Under the pieces are notes generated by a model, which did not search any database, was not told the origin of the DNA, and saw only the letters and a list, made by a program, of their open reading frames with translations. 64,000 nucleotides of DNA from a virus: IMG/VR virus record IMGVR_UViG_3300029908_000017, positions 10,377-74,376 of that record; one strand, given 5' to 3'. Below are positions 1-9,656 of the stretch, one piece after another. The first letter of the stretch is position 1. Each line of letters starts with the position of its first letter. The position numbers and the translations under genes are program-made.

Positions 1-94
1 GTATGCTAAGATTACTCCATTAGGCCAGTTTGTAGATAATCTACCAGAAATAGTTATTTTTTTAGCAATTCTGGCTCACTACCATTTTCAATAA
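1..94 (+). CDS. 3' end of a membrane protein (possible holin/lysis accessory), truncated by the window edge
   Basis: Frame 2 is open from the edge: YAKITPLGQFVDNLPEIVIFLAILAHYHFQ*. It has a hydrophobic C-terminus and a TAATG overlap with the lysin start. Confidence 0.5.
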   Translation, partial: YAKITPLGQFVDNLPEIVIFLAILAHYHFQ

Positions 95-906
95 TGCAAA
101 AAGATATTTATAAAATAATCACGGTTACTTTGGCTGTGTTATTTTTAGTATCTTGTGATAGCACAAAAGATAATCAACCCACTACATCGGTTATACAAGA
201 AGTAACAAATGTAGTAGCTTCAAAAATAAATCCACCACCGGTAGAGTCACCATCGTTTCAAATGTCTCAGATAGCGGAAGACATGGTGACTGACGCAGAA
301 GTATCTGCTACATCAAAAGATGGTATCGATGGTGGTCATGCTTACTACGATAAGCATTATCAAACAGCTACTTTTGCAGGTGATGGAAGTGGGGCCACTA
401 TCGCGATAGGAGTAGATCTTGGGCAGAACACCGCAGAATGGACAACAACTTCTTGGACACCATATTTTGATAACACCATTGTTAAACAGCTAGCTGCTTG
501 TTCAGGAGATACAACTTCTTCATTAGCTAAACGTGATGTGACCAATCTACAGAATATTATTATTGTTTGGAATACTGCTTTAAATGAATTCAACACTCAA
601 GAAGTACCTAATTATTATGCTACCGCTCTTCGAGTATTTCCAGGTTTGAGTGATTTGAGTATTAACGCGCAATCAGGCGTCCTTGCTACAGCCTACAATA
701 GAGGGTTTAGTATGGTTGGGGCCTCCAGAGTAGATATGCGTAACCTACGAACAGCTGTGGCCAATAAAGATTATCAAGGAATGGCTAACGCTTGCTTACA
801 TATGAAGATAACCATGCGTGATTCATGGAATAATGCAGGTATTTATGAAGGATTGGCTGCTAGGTATGATGCTACGGCCAAATTGATTTTGACACCTGAT
901 AACTAA
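94..906 (+). CDS. Pesticin C-terminal-like muramidase (endolysin-like) with lipoprotein signal peptide
   Basis: Lysozyme-fold motifs AEV...YY.KHY...GSGATIAIGVDLG and AYNRG; N-terminal hydrophobic stretch ending in lipobox-like LVSC. Confidence 0.75.
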   Translation: MQKDIYKIITVTLAVLFLVSCDSTKDNQPTTSVIQEVTNVVASKINPPPVESPSFQMSQIAEDMVTDAEVSATSKDGIDGGHAYYDKHYQTATFAGDGSGATIAIGVDLGQNTAEWTTTSWTPYFDNTIVKQLAACSGDTTSSLAKRDVTNLQNIIIVWNTALNEFNTQEVPNYYATALRVFPGLSDLSINAQSGVLATAYNRGFSMVGASRVDMRNLRTAVANKDYQGMANACLHMKITMRDSWNNAGIYEGLAARYDATAKLILTPDN

Positions 907-941
907 AAAAATCCAACCCCCGAAGGAATTGGATTTTTTTT
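905..941. terminator. Bidirectional intrinsic terminator
   Basis: AAAAAAATCCAA-N12-TTGGATTTTTTT between convergent genes. Confidence 0.8.
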
Positions 942-944
942 AAA

Positions 945-1286
945 TTACGCTACAACCTTTTCCTGCTCTTGACGTAGAATTTGACTCTTTTCTCGTTTGA
1001 TTCTACGTTCAAGAATAGTATTCTCTGCTTCTGCTAACTCTTGAGACAAATCACTGATGCGTTGTTGCTCTTCTTCCGTGGCCTCATACTTCAAATCCAA
1101 CTCGTTGATACCTGTGACGACAGGTTTCTCAACTGGTTGGAAAAGCGGAATAATCGCACCCACCACAAGTATTCCATTCAACGCAATTGAAATTCCAACT
1201 GTCAATGGCATTAAGGCAGGATAACCTAATGAAGTTATTCCTAGAATTAATGACACTACCGCTAGCACAATAATATTCGTTCGCAT
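945..1286 (-). CDS. Membrane protein (2 TM segments plus coiled coil)
   Basis: Two hydrophobic N-terminal segments followed by a charged helical tail. Confidence 0.6.
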   Translation of the reverse strand: MRTNIIVLAVVSLILGITSLGYPALMPLTVGISIALNGILVVGAIIPLFQPVEKPVVTGINELDLKYEATEEEQQRISDLSQELAEAENTILERRIKREKSQILRQEQEKVVA

Positions 1287-1287
1287 A

Positions 1288-2010
1288 TCATTTCGGATGA
1301 CCCAACATTACAAACCGATCTTCGTCATTGAATATCGTTTGACTATTCTTATTCAACCCAGTATCCCAGCTGTTGATTATACCATTCTCTCCTTCTTCAT
1401 AGAGATTAACGTTGAAGGTTACGCAATGATACTTTCTTAAGCTGTCGGTTGAAAGTACTTCAAACTGTAAATCGTTATTCTTATCATGATAAACATATTT
1501 CATCTCCTTTAAAGGATTAAAAGGATGAATTGCCTTACAATAATAGTTATATTCGATTTTTCCTTCTTCGTTACGTTCTTTAACTACATCGATATGCCCG
1601 TCCAGACTGGCTTCGACAGGGATATCACGTAGGCGCAGATAAGCTACACGGATTTCATAATCAATTGGAAGGATACCCCTAATCAATTGTGAATTATTTG
1701 GGCTTTCTGTAACTGGTTCAACAAACCATTGCGTGATACTACCAATCATTTCTTCAACAGCTTCCAATGAATCCACTCGTTGTTTGAACGGACCTTGAAC
1801 AGGTCGAATAACTCTAACGTGTGCTCTACGTTTTTGGGAAGCAGGTAAAGAAAGATTTGTTTTCTTCTTTAGCTGCTCCTCTTCTGACAGTGTATTGATA
1901 AAGGCAATCGTGTCTTTCCAATACGACAACATATTCTCCGTAGTAATGATGTCCTGTTTATATTCTACCAATATTTGTTCTGATGTTTGGGGAGCTTCTT
2001 GAGTTAACAT
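1288..2010 (-). CDS. Hypothetical protein
   Basis: 240-aa ORF directly downstream of promoter motif P1. Confidence 0.65.
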   Translation of the reverse strand: MLTQEAPQTSEQILVEYKQDIITTENMLSYWKDTIAFINTLSEEEQLKKKTNLSLPASQKRRAHVRVIRPVQGPFKQRVDSLEAVEEMIGSITQWFVEPVTESPNNSQLIRGILPIDYEIRVAYLRLRDIPVEASLDGHIDVVKERNEEGKIEYNYYCKAIHPFNPLKEMKYVYHDKNNDLQFEVLSTDSLRKYHCVTFNVNLYEEGENGIINSWDTGLNKNSQTIFNDEDRFVMLGHPK

Positions 2011-2077
2011 GTTTAATTAATAAAGGTTACTGACATTGTGTGGTTGAATACTATATGTAACGGAACATCCGTTATTT

Positions 2078-2115
2078 TACTATACCAGAATATATCAAAT
2101 TATATGGGAGGGGGT
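2078..2115 (-). promoter_or_regulatory. Phage promoter motif P1 (ACCCCC-N23-GGTATAGTA)
   Basis: One of five intergenic copies with identical spacing and a -10-like TATAGT. Confidence 0.75.
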
Positions 2116-2117
2116 AC

Positions 2118-3242
2118 CTATACTGAAAGATATTCTTCCAATTTGATAAACATAAATAGACTAGATTCCAAGTTCAAATAAATACCTGACCAGTAGATAT
2201 TTGATAATGACCCAAAATCATCTCTAGTTGTTTTCTTACCAATCATCCACCAATTACGAATTTTAAAAGCAGTTACACCATTATATTTTTCGTTTGCAGC
2301 TGTCCAATTGATAGAATCGAATAATGCATGGTTTTGAAATTTAAGCTTATCAAAAAGAATATCAGCAGATTTCAAAACAATATTCGAATGTACGAAAGTG
2401 GACTCCCGGTTGGGAGTTGCAAAACATATAGGGTAATGTTCTTTCCAACCATTGCCATTTAAATCTTCGATCTTAGCGAGATAATCTTTTTTTGCTTCTC
2501 CGGTGATACTTGCGATTCGATAAATTAATTCAATCTGCAGTTTTGTCATTATCGTCGTAAATTATTTTTTCAAATTCTAATACTAGCTTACCTTTATAAT
2601 CAGGTCTATTTTCTTCCAGTACTTCATCGATTTCTTCATAGCTACCAACATCATATAAAAGCAATGGCTCATCTTGATAAAACGGGGGAATAAGTGATGA
2701 TGGGTCTTGTGCGACATCTTCAGCAGTACAATCTACCAAAACCGCAATTACTTCATTATCTACATTTGTTACAACGGTCATTTTATTTTTTACCCTTCTT
2801 GTTTTTCTCAATTTCGTATTCTACATACTCCATCAAACCTTTGGATATTCTATGGATATCCGTCAATGTTATTAATAATTCATTAGCACCAACATCTGGT
2901 TGCACATCGATTCTATCAAAAATCTGCCTTAACGCTGAATACGACGCATCAAAGTTTAAATGTGGATCTTTTATTTCGATTTTCTTTTTCTTTTTATTAC
3001 CCATATCAATCGCGCATTTCTAATATTTTTTCTACGGCTAAAAGGTTATCCGGAATTTCATGATCGTTGAGTTTTCTAATTTCACCATATAGTTCAAGAG
3101 ATTCTCTGTCTATCATTTCAGCGATCATGTCTATATCCTTATAAAGTTCATAATCGATAATAAACTTTTTTAGTAATAGCCGATCTTCGTGTAACAAATT
3201 ATTTTGTAATTTTAACCAGGCATAATCAGGTTTTTCATTCAT
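2118..3242 (-). CDS. Four small overlapping hypothetical genes (2118-2549, 2530-2811, 2783-3004, 3006-3242)
   Basis: Tightly packed co-directional ORFs. Confidence 0.55.
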
Positions 3243-3784
3243 AGTGTTTTCGGATTTAAATCCTTATCTCTCATATATTCTGCAATAAATAAGCCATCAG
3301 CATCTTTTTTTAGTTTAGCTATTAAATGAGGGTACTTACGTATACCAATATCCAAACTAGCTTTTTTTAATTCTACACTGCCTTTTATACCTTTAGGTAG
3401 AAATCGATTTTGCCATTCTCCACTATCAATGAACTCATGACTTAATTTTAGCTGCTCTACGGCTATTAACTGCGCTTCATGGATTCTTGCTCCAATAATC
3501 ATTGCTTTCTTATGTTGAGGCAAATGAGAAGTAAAGGGTCGTTCAATACCTACACGGATATACGAGTGATTTTCATCCGTATATAAACTTGGTATCCAAC
3601 CTAGCATTAACTCTTTAAATTTTTTAACATCAAACCTCGAAATATAATTCTTTTTCTTGGTATACGATAGACATTTTTTTATAGGTGTAGAGGATGTATC
3701 TGAACGACCGTCATTCCAAATTATACCAACACCTGAACCTTTATTTACACCGTTGTCTAATCCAATGTATATTTTGTTTATCAT
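3239..3784 (-). CDS. RuvC-like Holliday junction resolvase
   Basis: N-terminal IYIGLDNG, VGIERP, a W-Q motif and C-terminal DADGLFIA match the RuvC/RNase H-fold acidic pattern. Confidence 0.8.
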   Translation of the reverse strand: MINKIYIGLDNGVNKGSGVGIIWNDGRSDTSSTPIKKCLSYTKKKNYISRFDVKKFKELMLGWIPSLYTDENHSYIRVGIERPFTSHLPQHKKAMIIGARIHEAQLIAVEQLKLSHEFIDSGEWQNRFLPKGIKGSVELKKASLDIGIRKYPHLIAKLKKDADGLFIAEYMRDKDLNPKTL

Positions 3785-4841
3785 TGTGATTTGATTTGCA
3801 TATTTATTTCCTGTATTAATTTGGTGATTTCTTTATTATTAACTTTTCCGGCTAACTTACTTTCCATTGTAAGGTCACATAAATATTTGGTACGCCAGTG
3901 ATGTTTATAACTTATCATTTCATAACAATATTTTTTTCGAAGCTTATCTTTCTTATTACGTAAATCCAAATATTCAAGCACATGATTTTTATTTTCTTGT
4001 AAATATTTAAATTTAGTTGGAAGGTTATCAGTCATTAATACCTTCAAGTTTCATTGTTATATTGCCAATCAATTGGTCGATCTCATTACTGGATACATAA
4101 CCGCTCAATAATTTTATATTACGCATATCTTGGTAGTAAATTTTTCTATTACGATATCCTGCCCAACTACTTTTACAATAACGCCATACAACAGTATAAC
4201 AAACAGCTTTCTTACTTTTCCGATAAAGTTGACATAATTCTGCTTTAGAATGTTGTAATCTATAAACTTCTTTATTCGGGAGTGATACAAGATTTTTAGC
4301 TTTTATACATTGAACCATCGAAAGCTCCATTCAACAAAGCCTGTGCATAACTATCACTTACTTTATTCAATGCGTTAGTAACCCCCAACTTATAGCAAAA
4401 AAGATCAGGAGGCAGGCAATAAGAAGTGTAATAATAGGTTGGTCCGAAATAATCTGTTCGCTGTTCAACCTCGTCATCGTTAATACGTGTGTTATACACT
4501 TCCTTAAACTCAGCAAAATCTTGATATTCTTCTTTTAGCAATGGGCTGATTGCAATACGGGTATACCCACCTTCTGGTAAAAGCGTAATACATGGATCAT
4601 GTAAAAACCGAGTACTACTAGGCAGATAAATAAAATTATTAACATCATCAGACCAATATGTACGATAATGATGAACAGATATTTTATGTCCAATTTCTCT
4701 AAGCTTCTTTACACTTAATCCGTTTTCAGCGATACTGGATATTTTCGGAGTTTTTACTTTATTGATTTTATCAAATTTGAGGTTAACAATTTCGGCAACT
4801 ACAGGAACACGACGGCTGATTGTATTATTACTATTTGTCAT
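3781..4841 (-). CDS. Three hypothetical genes (3781-4047, 4028-4330, 4296-4841)
   Basis: Overlapping co-directional ORFs. Confidence 0.55.
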
Positions 4842-5020
4842 ATTTTATTCTTTATATCTCCCATGTTTTACACTGGGATTTAATTCGATGAAGATATTTT
4901 TTAAATCTTCTTTTTTAATTTTTTCCAATTCAATAATTAGATTTTCAGGATGACTGCTATAATTCTTTATAGCTTTGTCCATCAATCTTCTGGCTTTTTC
5001 GCTTGGCTTATATCTATGAC

Positions 5021-6223
5021 TCACAACGTTTTTGGCTCTGAAACTTTTTTCTTTCGTTTCTTTTTATTTTCATTCTCCACTTTTACTACTTCCTCATAAG
5101 ATGGCAATGGAGGTACATGATAGGCTTCTCGAATCAATTCCTTGGCTTGTTCACTATTAGCAATAATTGTAGCCATATCTCTTACCAAGTAAGATTGTTC
5201 TATATTAATCACTTCTTCTTGTTGGGAGTTAGGATTAAGGAACTTAGTATTCGGAATATTCCAACGATAATAACCGCCTGCTTTGGTCATTAACTTTTCG
5301 TAGTTTTTCCCCAAATCTTCTACACAAGATTCAAACCATGTATACCCTCCCTGTACTCTAGAGTCTACTTGAATAAATTGATTATTCCCCTCAATACCTA
5401 ACTTATTTCGTTTACAAGTAATCTTATGGCTTGATCCTACTTTTATCTTAACCTTATCATGCTCTGGGTCTACTTCGAGAATATCTCCTGTTCGCGCAAA
5501 CTTTAATTGGTAAGTAGAGTGGAATCTAGGTGCCCTGCCACCAATCATGGCTTCAGGTTTTTCTTCACCAAATCCTCCAAACGAACCAATCTGCTCTCTT
5601 AACTGATTAATAGTTAATACAATACACTTTTCATGCGATAAAGGATTAGTAATTTTCCGATAAAACTCTGATAATAGTTTTGCGTGATTACCAGGCTTTG
5701 TTTCACCAATAATATTTTGATCAGACTCATACTCCGTCATCGTTCCTGCAATGGAATCCAGACAAATTAAAACAGGTGTTTCACCCTCCGGAAAAGCCTT
5801 TGGCAAATTAAGAATGATACCTTCAATCGATGTTAAAGCTTCTTCCAAAGTTTGAGGATGACTTAATTTTACTTCATCGATATTTAAGCCCTGCTGAAAA
5901 GCATAAACCTTGCTTGCTGCATTCTCTGTCTCTAACCAAAAAACAAGTCCTCCAGCTTTTTGGAACCGCTTTGCCATGTCATAGAAGAAGCTAGTTTTAC
6001 CATCAGCTTTATTTCCATAAATAAGATAGCAACGACCATAAATCAAAAATCGACTAGATAATAGCTTTTCCAACAATGGACAATCCAGTAGCAATCCAGT
6101 TGGGTCTAATTCATCTTTTCCGTCAATAAACTCAGTCTCTGAGTCCTTAAAAGCTTTTTTAAAATCCTTTTGTACTAATGTTAATAGCTTATCAATCTGT
6201 TCTTTTTTCTTATCGTCGCTCAT
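5021..6223 (-). CDS. RecA/UvsX-like recombinase
   Basis: Walker A GNKADGKTS, WLETENA, Walker B ICLDSIA, INQLREQIG and GGRAPRFHS. Confidence 0.9.
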   Translation of the reverse strand: MSDDKKKEQIDKLLTLVQKDFKKAFKDSETEFIDGKDELDPTGLLLDCPLLEKLLSSRFLIYGRCYLIYGNKADGKTSFFYDMAKRFQKAGGLVFWLETENAASKVYAFQQGLNIDEVKLSHPQTLEEALTSIEGIILNLPKAFPEGETPVLICLDSIAGTMTEYESDQNIIGETKPGNHAKLLSEFYRKITNPLSHEKCIVLTINQLREQIGSFGGFGEEKPEAMIGGRAPRFHSTYQLKFARTGDILEVDPEHDKVKIKVGSSHKITCKRNKLGIEGNNQFIQVDSRVQGGYTWFESCVEDLGKNYEKLMTKAGGYYRWNIPNTKFLNPNSQQEEVINIEQSYLVRDMATIIANSEQAKELIREAYHVPPLPSYEEVVKVENENKKKRKKKVSEPKTL

Positions 6224-6224
6224 A

Positions 6225-6392
6225 TTATATTTCCAACGCCCTTTCGTCTTTTAAATATATATCATTTTTATTTGGTTTATCTTTGATAATAATAATTGTT
6301 TCTTTTTTCATCTCTCGATTACCATATCTTGAATGCTTGCCTTTATGTTGCCGGAAAGGCATTATGGCTTTTTCCTCAATTTCGAATGGCAT
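6225..6392 (-). CDS. 55-aa microprotein ending IYLKDERALEI (not in the ORF track)
   Basis: Manual translation. Its last 11 residues are identical to those of ORF 45159-45500 but use different codons. Confidence 0.65.
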   Translation of the reverse strand: MPFEIEEKAIMPFRQHKGKHSRYGNREMKKETIIIIKDKPNKNDIYLKDERALEI

Positions 6393-6434
6393 TTTCTTCA
6401 ATTTCGAATTGTTCCTGTAATGTCATAATAAATC

Positions 6435-6459
6435 TGTCGAACGGGTTGGACGTTCGACA
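6435..6459 (-). other. Stem-loop after the putative SSB gene (mRNA stabiliser or weak terminator)
   Basis: Perfect 9-bp inverted repeat TGTCGAACG-N7-CGTTCGACA. Confidence 0.55.
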
Positions 6460-6466
6460 ATCCTAA

Positions 6467-7555
6467 TTATTTCTTAGCTTCTAGAAAAGCACGAAGATCA
6501 TCCTTATTGACGACCTTTCCACCGACAATAACCTCATTGGTTGCTGCTGGTGTTACTGAAATCACCGATGCTACAGGCGCGGGCGGGACAGGAGGATTGA
6601 ATGCTATTGCTGGGGCTACTGTTGGAGAAGCCGCAGGAGGTGCAGGAATAGTATAGGCTCCTGTATTTGTTGGTGTGGAGGCAGGTAAAGGCAGGGGTAC
6701 ACTTACAGTAGGCGCAGGAGGTGTAGGCAATGGATTAGTTGGAAAAGCTGCCACTGTTTTAAATCCTGCATAACCCTCCATACAAATATCGAAAACATTA
6801 GCTGGAAACATCTGGCGTAAGTCTCCAATAATTTCTTCTTTCATCTTTATCACAAATATTTCGTCGAGATTATAAAGATTTTCCGACAATGCGTATTGTT
6901 CGGGAATTACATATTTATAAGCAATATTTGGAGAAATCTGCCATCCCCCATCCTTACCTACATCTGAATTTAACTTTAGAAATGTTCCAATCGCTGCGTT
7001 TACATCATTAAGCAACGGACTTTGTGACCCATCAGGTTGGGGTTGGTCCATCCATTTCGTTAATTGATCTGCACCTTTGTAAGCAGGTAAGTCCAATACA
7101 TGGATTACCTCTTTTAAAGGTGCAGCGGCCTGCAACAACTTTAAAGGAGCTACATTAAAAGCAACTCGTTGTGTTACATGTCCGTAATTTGGATAAATAG
7201 TAAACTTTGTTGAATTATTTCCTTCTCCAGGTTTGACAGGTTTTGCTTGCTCTGGATACCTTGCACGAAACGCTCGTTCAAAATAACTAGCAGGATCGTC
7301 ATTTAAATTATGTACATAATAATTTTTCTTCGCCTTGTCCAGACCAAACGCCTTACGAACAGAAAATGACTTGAACCATACTCCTTCTCCATTGCTATCG
7401 GCTTTGTAAGCAGGTAAAAATAACACGTACAGTCCTTCACGGTTATTGTCCTTATCAAATACTAGTTGTTTAACATCTGTGCGAATATAATTGAATAACG
7501 ATGCTTGATCGATATTCGATCCTTCAAATTTTCGGCTTCCTTGTATAATTGGCAT
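6467..7555 (-). CDS. Putative ssDNA-binding protein (gp32-like) with Pro/Ala-rich tail
   Basis: Lies upstream of the recombinase; VLFLPAY and aromatic-rich core; low-complexity C-terminus. The assignment rests mainly on context. Confidence 0.45.
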   Translation of the reverse strand: MPIIQGSRKFEGSNIDQASLFNYIRTDVKQLVFDKDNNREGLYVLFLPAYKADSNGEGVWFKSFSVRKAFGLDKAKKNYYVHNLNDDPASYFERAFRARYPEQAKPVKPGEGNNSTKFTIYPNYGHVTQRVAFNVAPLKLLQAAAPLKEVIHVLDLPAYKGADQLTKWMDQPQPDGSQSPLLNDVNAAIGTFLKLNSDVGKDGGWQISPNIAYKYVIPEQYALSENLYNLDEIFVIKMKEEIIGDLRQMFPANVFDICMEGYAGFKTVAAFPTNPLPTPPAPTVSVPLPLPASTPTNTGAYTIPAPPAASPTVAPAIAFNPPVPPAPVASVISVTPAATNEVIVGGKVVNKDDLRAFLEAKK

Positions 7556-7562
7556 ATTTTAT

Positions 7563-7844
7563 TTATTGATTGGCTTCAAAAAGATTCTGAAACCATATAT
7601 ATTTTGGGTTTATTTTTTTACGTATGTTTAATGACTCAGCTACTTTAAAATAATTATCGTATTCAATACTTAATTTTTTTAGTGTTTTTAATTTTGGTGA
7701 TTTTTTAACTTTTTCGAATGAAACACGGTTAATATCCCATTCTTCATAGTGTAAGTCAACCTTTGAGAAAATCTTTTTTAAAGTTTTATCCAACAAAGCT
7801 TCTACGGCTCTTACATTATGCTTTGATAGATTTTTTATGTTCAC
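7563..7844 (-). CDS. Hypothetical basic protein
   Basis: 93-aa ORF translationally coupled to the ThiF gene. Confidence 0.55.
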   Translation of the reverse strand: MNIKNLSKHNVRAVEALLDKTLKKIFSKVDLHYEEWDINRVSFEKVKKSPKLKTLKKLSIEYDNYFKVAESLNIRKKINPKYIWFQNLFEANQ

Positions 7845-8449
7845 AAATGAAAGACCTTTTCCTTCGTAACAAGATTTCCTCTTACGGCCTGTAAAAACAC
7901 TTGAACCATTGCAGCACCCACAATGACAGGCATAGCATGCGAAATATTATTTTGTTTTTCATAATCAAGCAGACAACTTCCTCGTTCTGTTGAATCATCC
8001 AAATAAGAATTTCGAATGTCTGCTGGTACCTTGGAGTTGAAAATCAATCCTAGATTGGAACTACTTCGTCCATCAATCCAAAATAACTCAGGATGACTAT
8101 CACCATATTCATAAAGTTTTTTACGAATTTCCATACCATCGGGACCACTAAGGATTACATCATAATTCTTGAAATCTTTCTTTTCCATGAACCTGTCAAT
8201 TGCAGTAATGGCGTACTTGTCTTCCATCACTTTGACTTTCTTTTTACCGAGATCTTCGAATTTATAATTTTGGTGCAATAAATTCTTGTCCGTAACTGAC
8301 GCTTCATCGAAAACTGTGATTTCAGTATTCAAATAATCGAATTGCTTGCGATTATAACCAAAGTCATAAAGAAAATGAATGACCCATCCTGAAACACCAC
8401 CCGCCCCAATAATACCGATTCTTTTATAATTCAATTTTTCAATGCTCAT
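7841..8449 (-). CDS. E1/ThiF-family adenylyltransferase
   Basis: GIIGAGGVSG nucleotide loop, D-x3-V-x3-NLLHQ, DLGKKKV, D-x4-R, WIDG, and a single Cys in RGSCL. Confidence 0.88.
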   Translation of the reverse strand: MSIEKLNYKRIGIIGAGGVSGWVIHFLYDFGYNRKQFDYLNTEITVFDEASVTDKNLLHQNYKFEDLGKKKVKVMEDKYAITAIDRFMEKKDFKNYDVILSGPDGMEIRKKLYEYGDSHPELFWIDGRSSSNLGLIFNSKVPADIRNSYLDDSTERGSCLLDYEKQNNISHAMPVIVGAAMVQVFLQAVRGNLVTKEKVFHL

Positions 8450-8894
8450 TTTTTCTCCAGATTACTTCACTTTGAATTGTATCGTTGTCTAACCAAGTAT
8501 ATTTAATTATTTCTCCGTACTTAATACTCTTAATATAATTGTATTTAAAATTCTGAAATAAATTTGCATAGTCAATTCCAGAATACCTAGCAGAGAATGA
8601 TGGGTGTGTATGGAATGAACCGAATAATTGCCAACCTCTACTAAGAAATGGTCCTACTAATTTGGCGAATTCATTATCATTTGGCTCATATAAAGCGTGT
8701 CCAATACTTTGGTTATGAAACTTATTAGGAATTCTCACAAAGGCAAACACGTCGTCATCGTCAACTTTACCTTTAACGAGTAGTCCACCTGCTTCGTATT
8801 CCAAATCATTAAAGTCCGTTAAATTAATAATTGTTGTGTCAGGGCTGTCCCACACGTCCATAACATGAGGTAATTTGTTAAATTGTGAGATCAT
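8439..8894 (-). CDS. JAB/MPN+ metallopeptidase
   Basis: EAGGLL catalytic Glu plus FHTHPSFSARYSGID (HxH-x7-S-x2-D). Confidence 0.88.
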   Translation of the reverse strand: MISQFNKLPHVMDVWDSPDTTIINLTDFNDLEYEAGGLLVKGKVDDDDVFAFVRIPNKFHNQSIGHALYEPNDNEFAKLVGPFLSRGWQLFGSFHTHPSFSARYSGIDYANLFQNFKYNYIKSIKYGEIIKYTWLDNDTIQSEVIWRKNEH

Positions 8895-9447
8895 GTATTA
8901 TTGCAACGATGTTAGCATCAATAAAATCAGATTCAATATTGTTTGGTACTTTGATGTCGAAGTATTTTTCCAAATTTTCTAATAGAATATTTTTACCCAA
9001 ATTATTAAAGCTGGTCTTATCGTTGAATAATACTTCTTCAAACTGAATTATTCTTTTCAACTGATATTTTATCGATAACAACTGTAGTCGAAGATTGTAT
9101 TTATCAACATTATGCCAAATCAGTTTAGTAATATTGTGCTCATTTATTTTACTCAACAATTCTACATAAACACGTTCCTCATTATCATCAGTGATTGAAA
9201 TGCGAGACCATGTAAGTAGTCCGGTTCTTTGATCAATAATTTTTACAAAGCCTTTTACACCCTTCAACTTGGTTGTAAATGTATGGTTGCCCACGTCGGC
9301 CAACCATTTTTCTTCTTTGTCTTTGATGTCTTTTTCTTTTTTAATTGGATCAGTAAGCCTACCATCGGCTTTAAAGTCAGGTATCCATTTTAACAATTCT
9401 TCCCCTTGAAGGGGAGTAAACTCTAATTTTATAGCAGCTATACTCAT
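8878..9447 (-). CDS. Hypothetical protein, possibly a degenerate DEDD 3'-5' exonuclease fold
   Basis: IKLEFTP and LIWHNVDKYNL sit where DIETxP and LVxFNGxxFD would be; the catalytic Asp residues are missing. Confidence 0.35.
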   Translation of the reverse strand: MSIAAIKLEFTPLQGEELLKWIPDFKADGRLTDPIKKEKDIKDKEEKWLADVGNHTFTTKLKGVKGFVKIIDQRTGLLTWSRISITDDNEERVYVELLSKINEHNITKLIWHNVDKYNLRLQLLSIKYQLKRIIQFEEVLFNDKTSFNNLGKNILLENLEKYFDIKVPNNIESDFIDANIVAIIHDLTI

Positions 9448-9449
9448 AA

Positions 9450-9656
9450 TTAATCTAATTCAGTTGTTTTTTCGTATCCTCGAAGAATTGCAGTCTGTAC
9501 ATAATAATCGTAAAATCTGACAGTCTGATCCTCATATAATTGGTCTGCCACATCTAATGCATCATCTTCATTTCGCCACGCTTCTTTGACTATAATTTCA
9601 CCCTCACTATCTTCTTGCAGCACCAGATAAATATATGTTTCGTTATTTATACTCAT
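9450..9656 (-). CDS. Small acidic hypothetical protein
   Basis: 68-aa ORF with ATGA coupling. Confidence 0.55.
   Translation of the reverse strand: MSINNETYIYLVLQEDSEGEIIVKEAWRNEDDALDVADQLYEDQTVRFYDYYVQTAILRGYEKTTELD

Noticed and set aside
7841-8449. Thiamine/molybdopterin biosynthesis auxiliary metabolic gene
   Set aside because: No partner biosynthetic genes in the window; the JAB and Ubl context favours conjugation, although sulfur transfer is not excluded.
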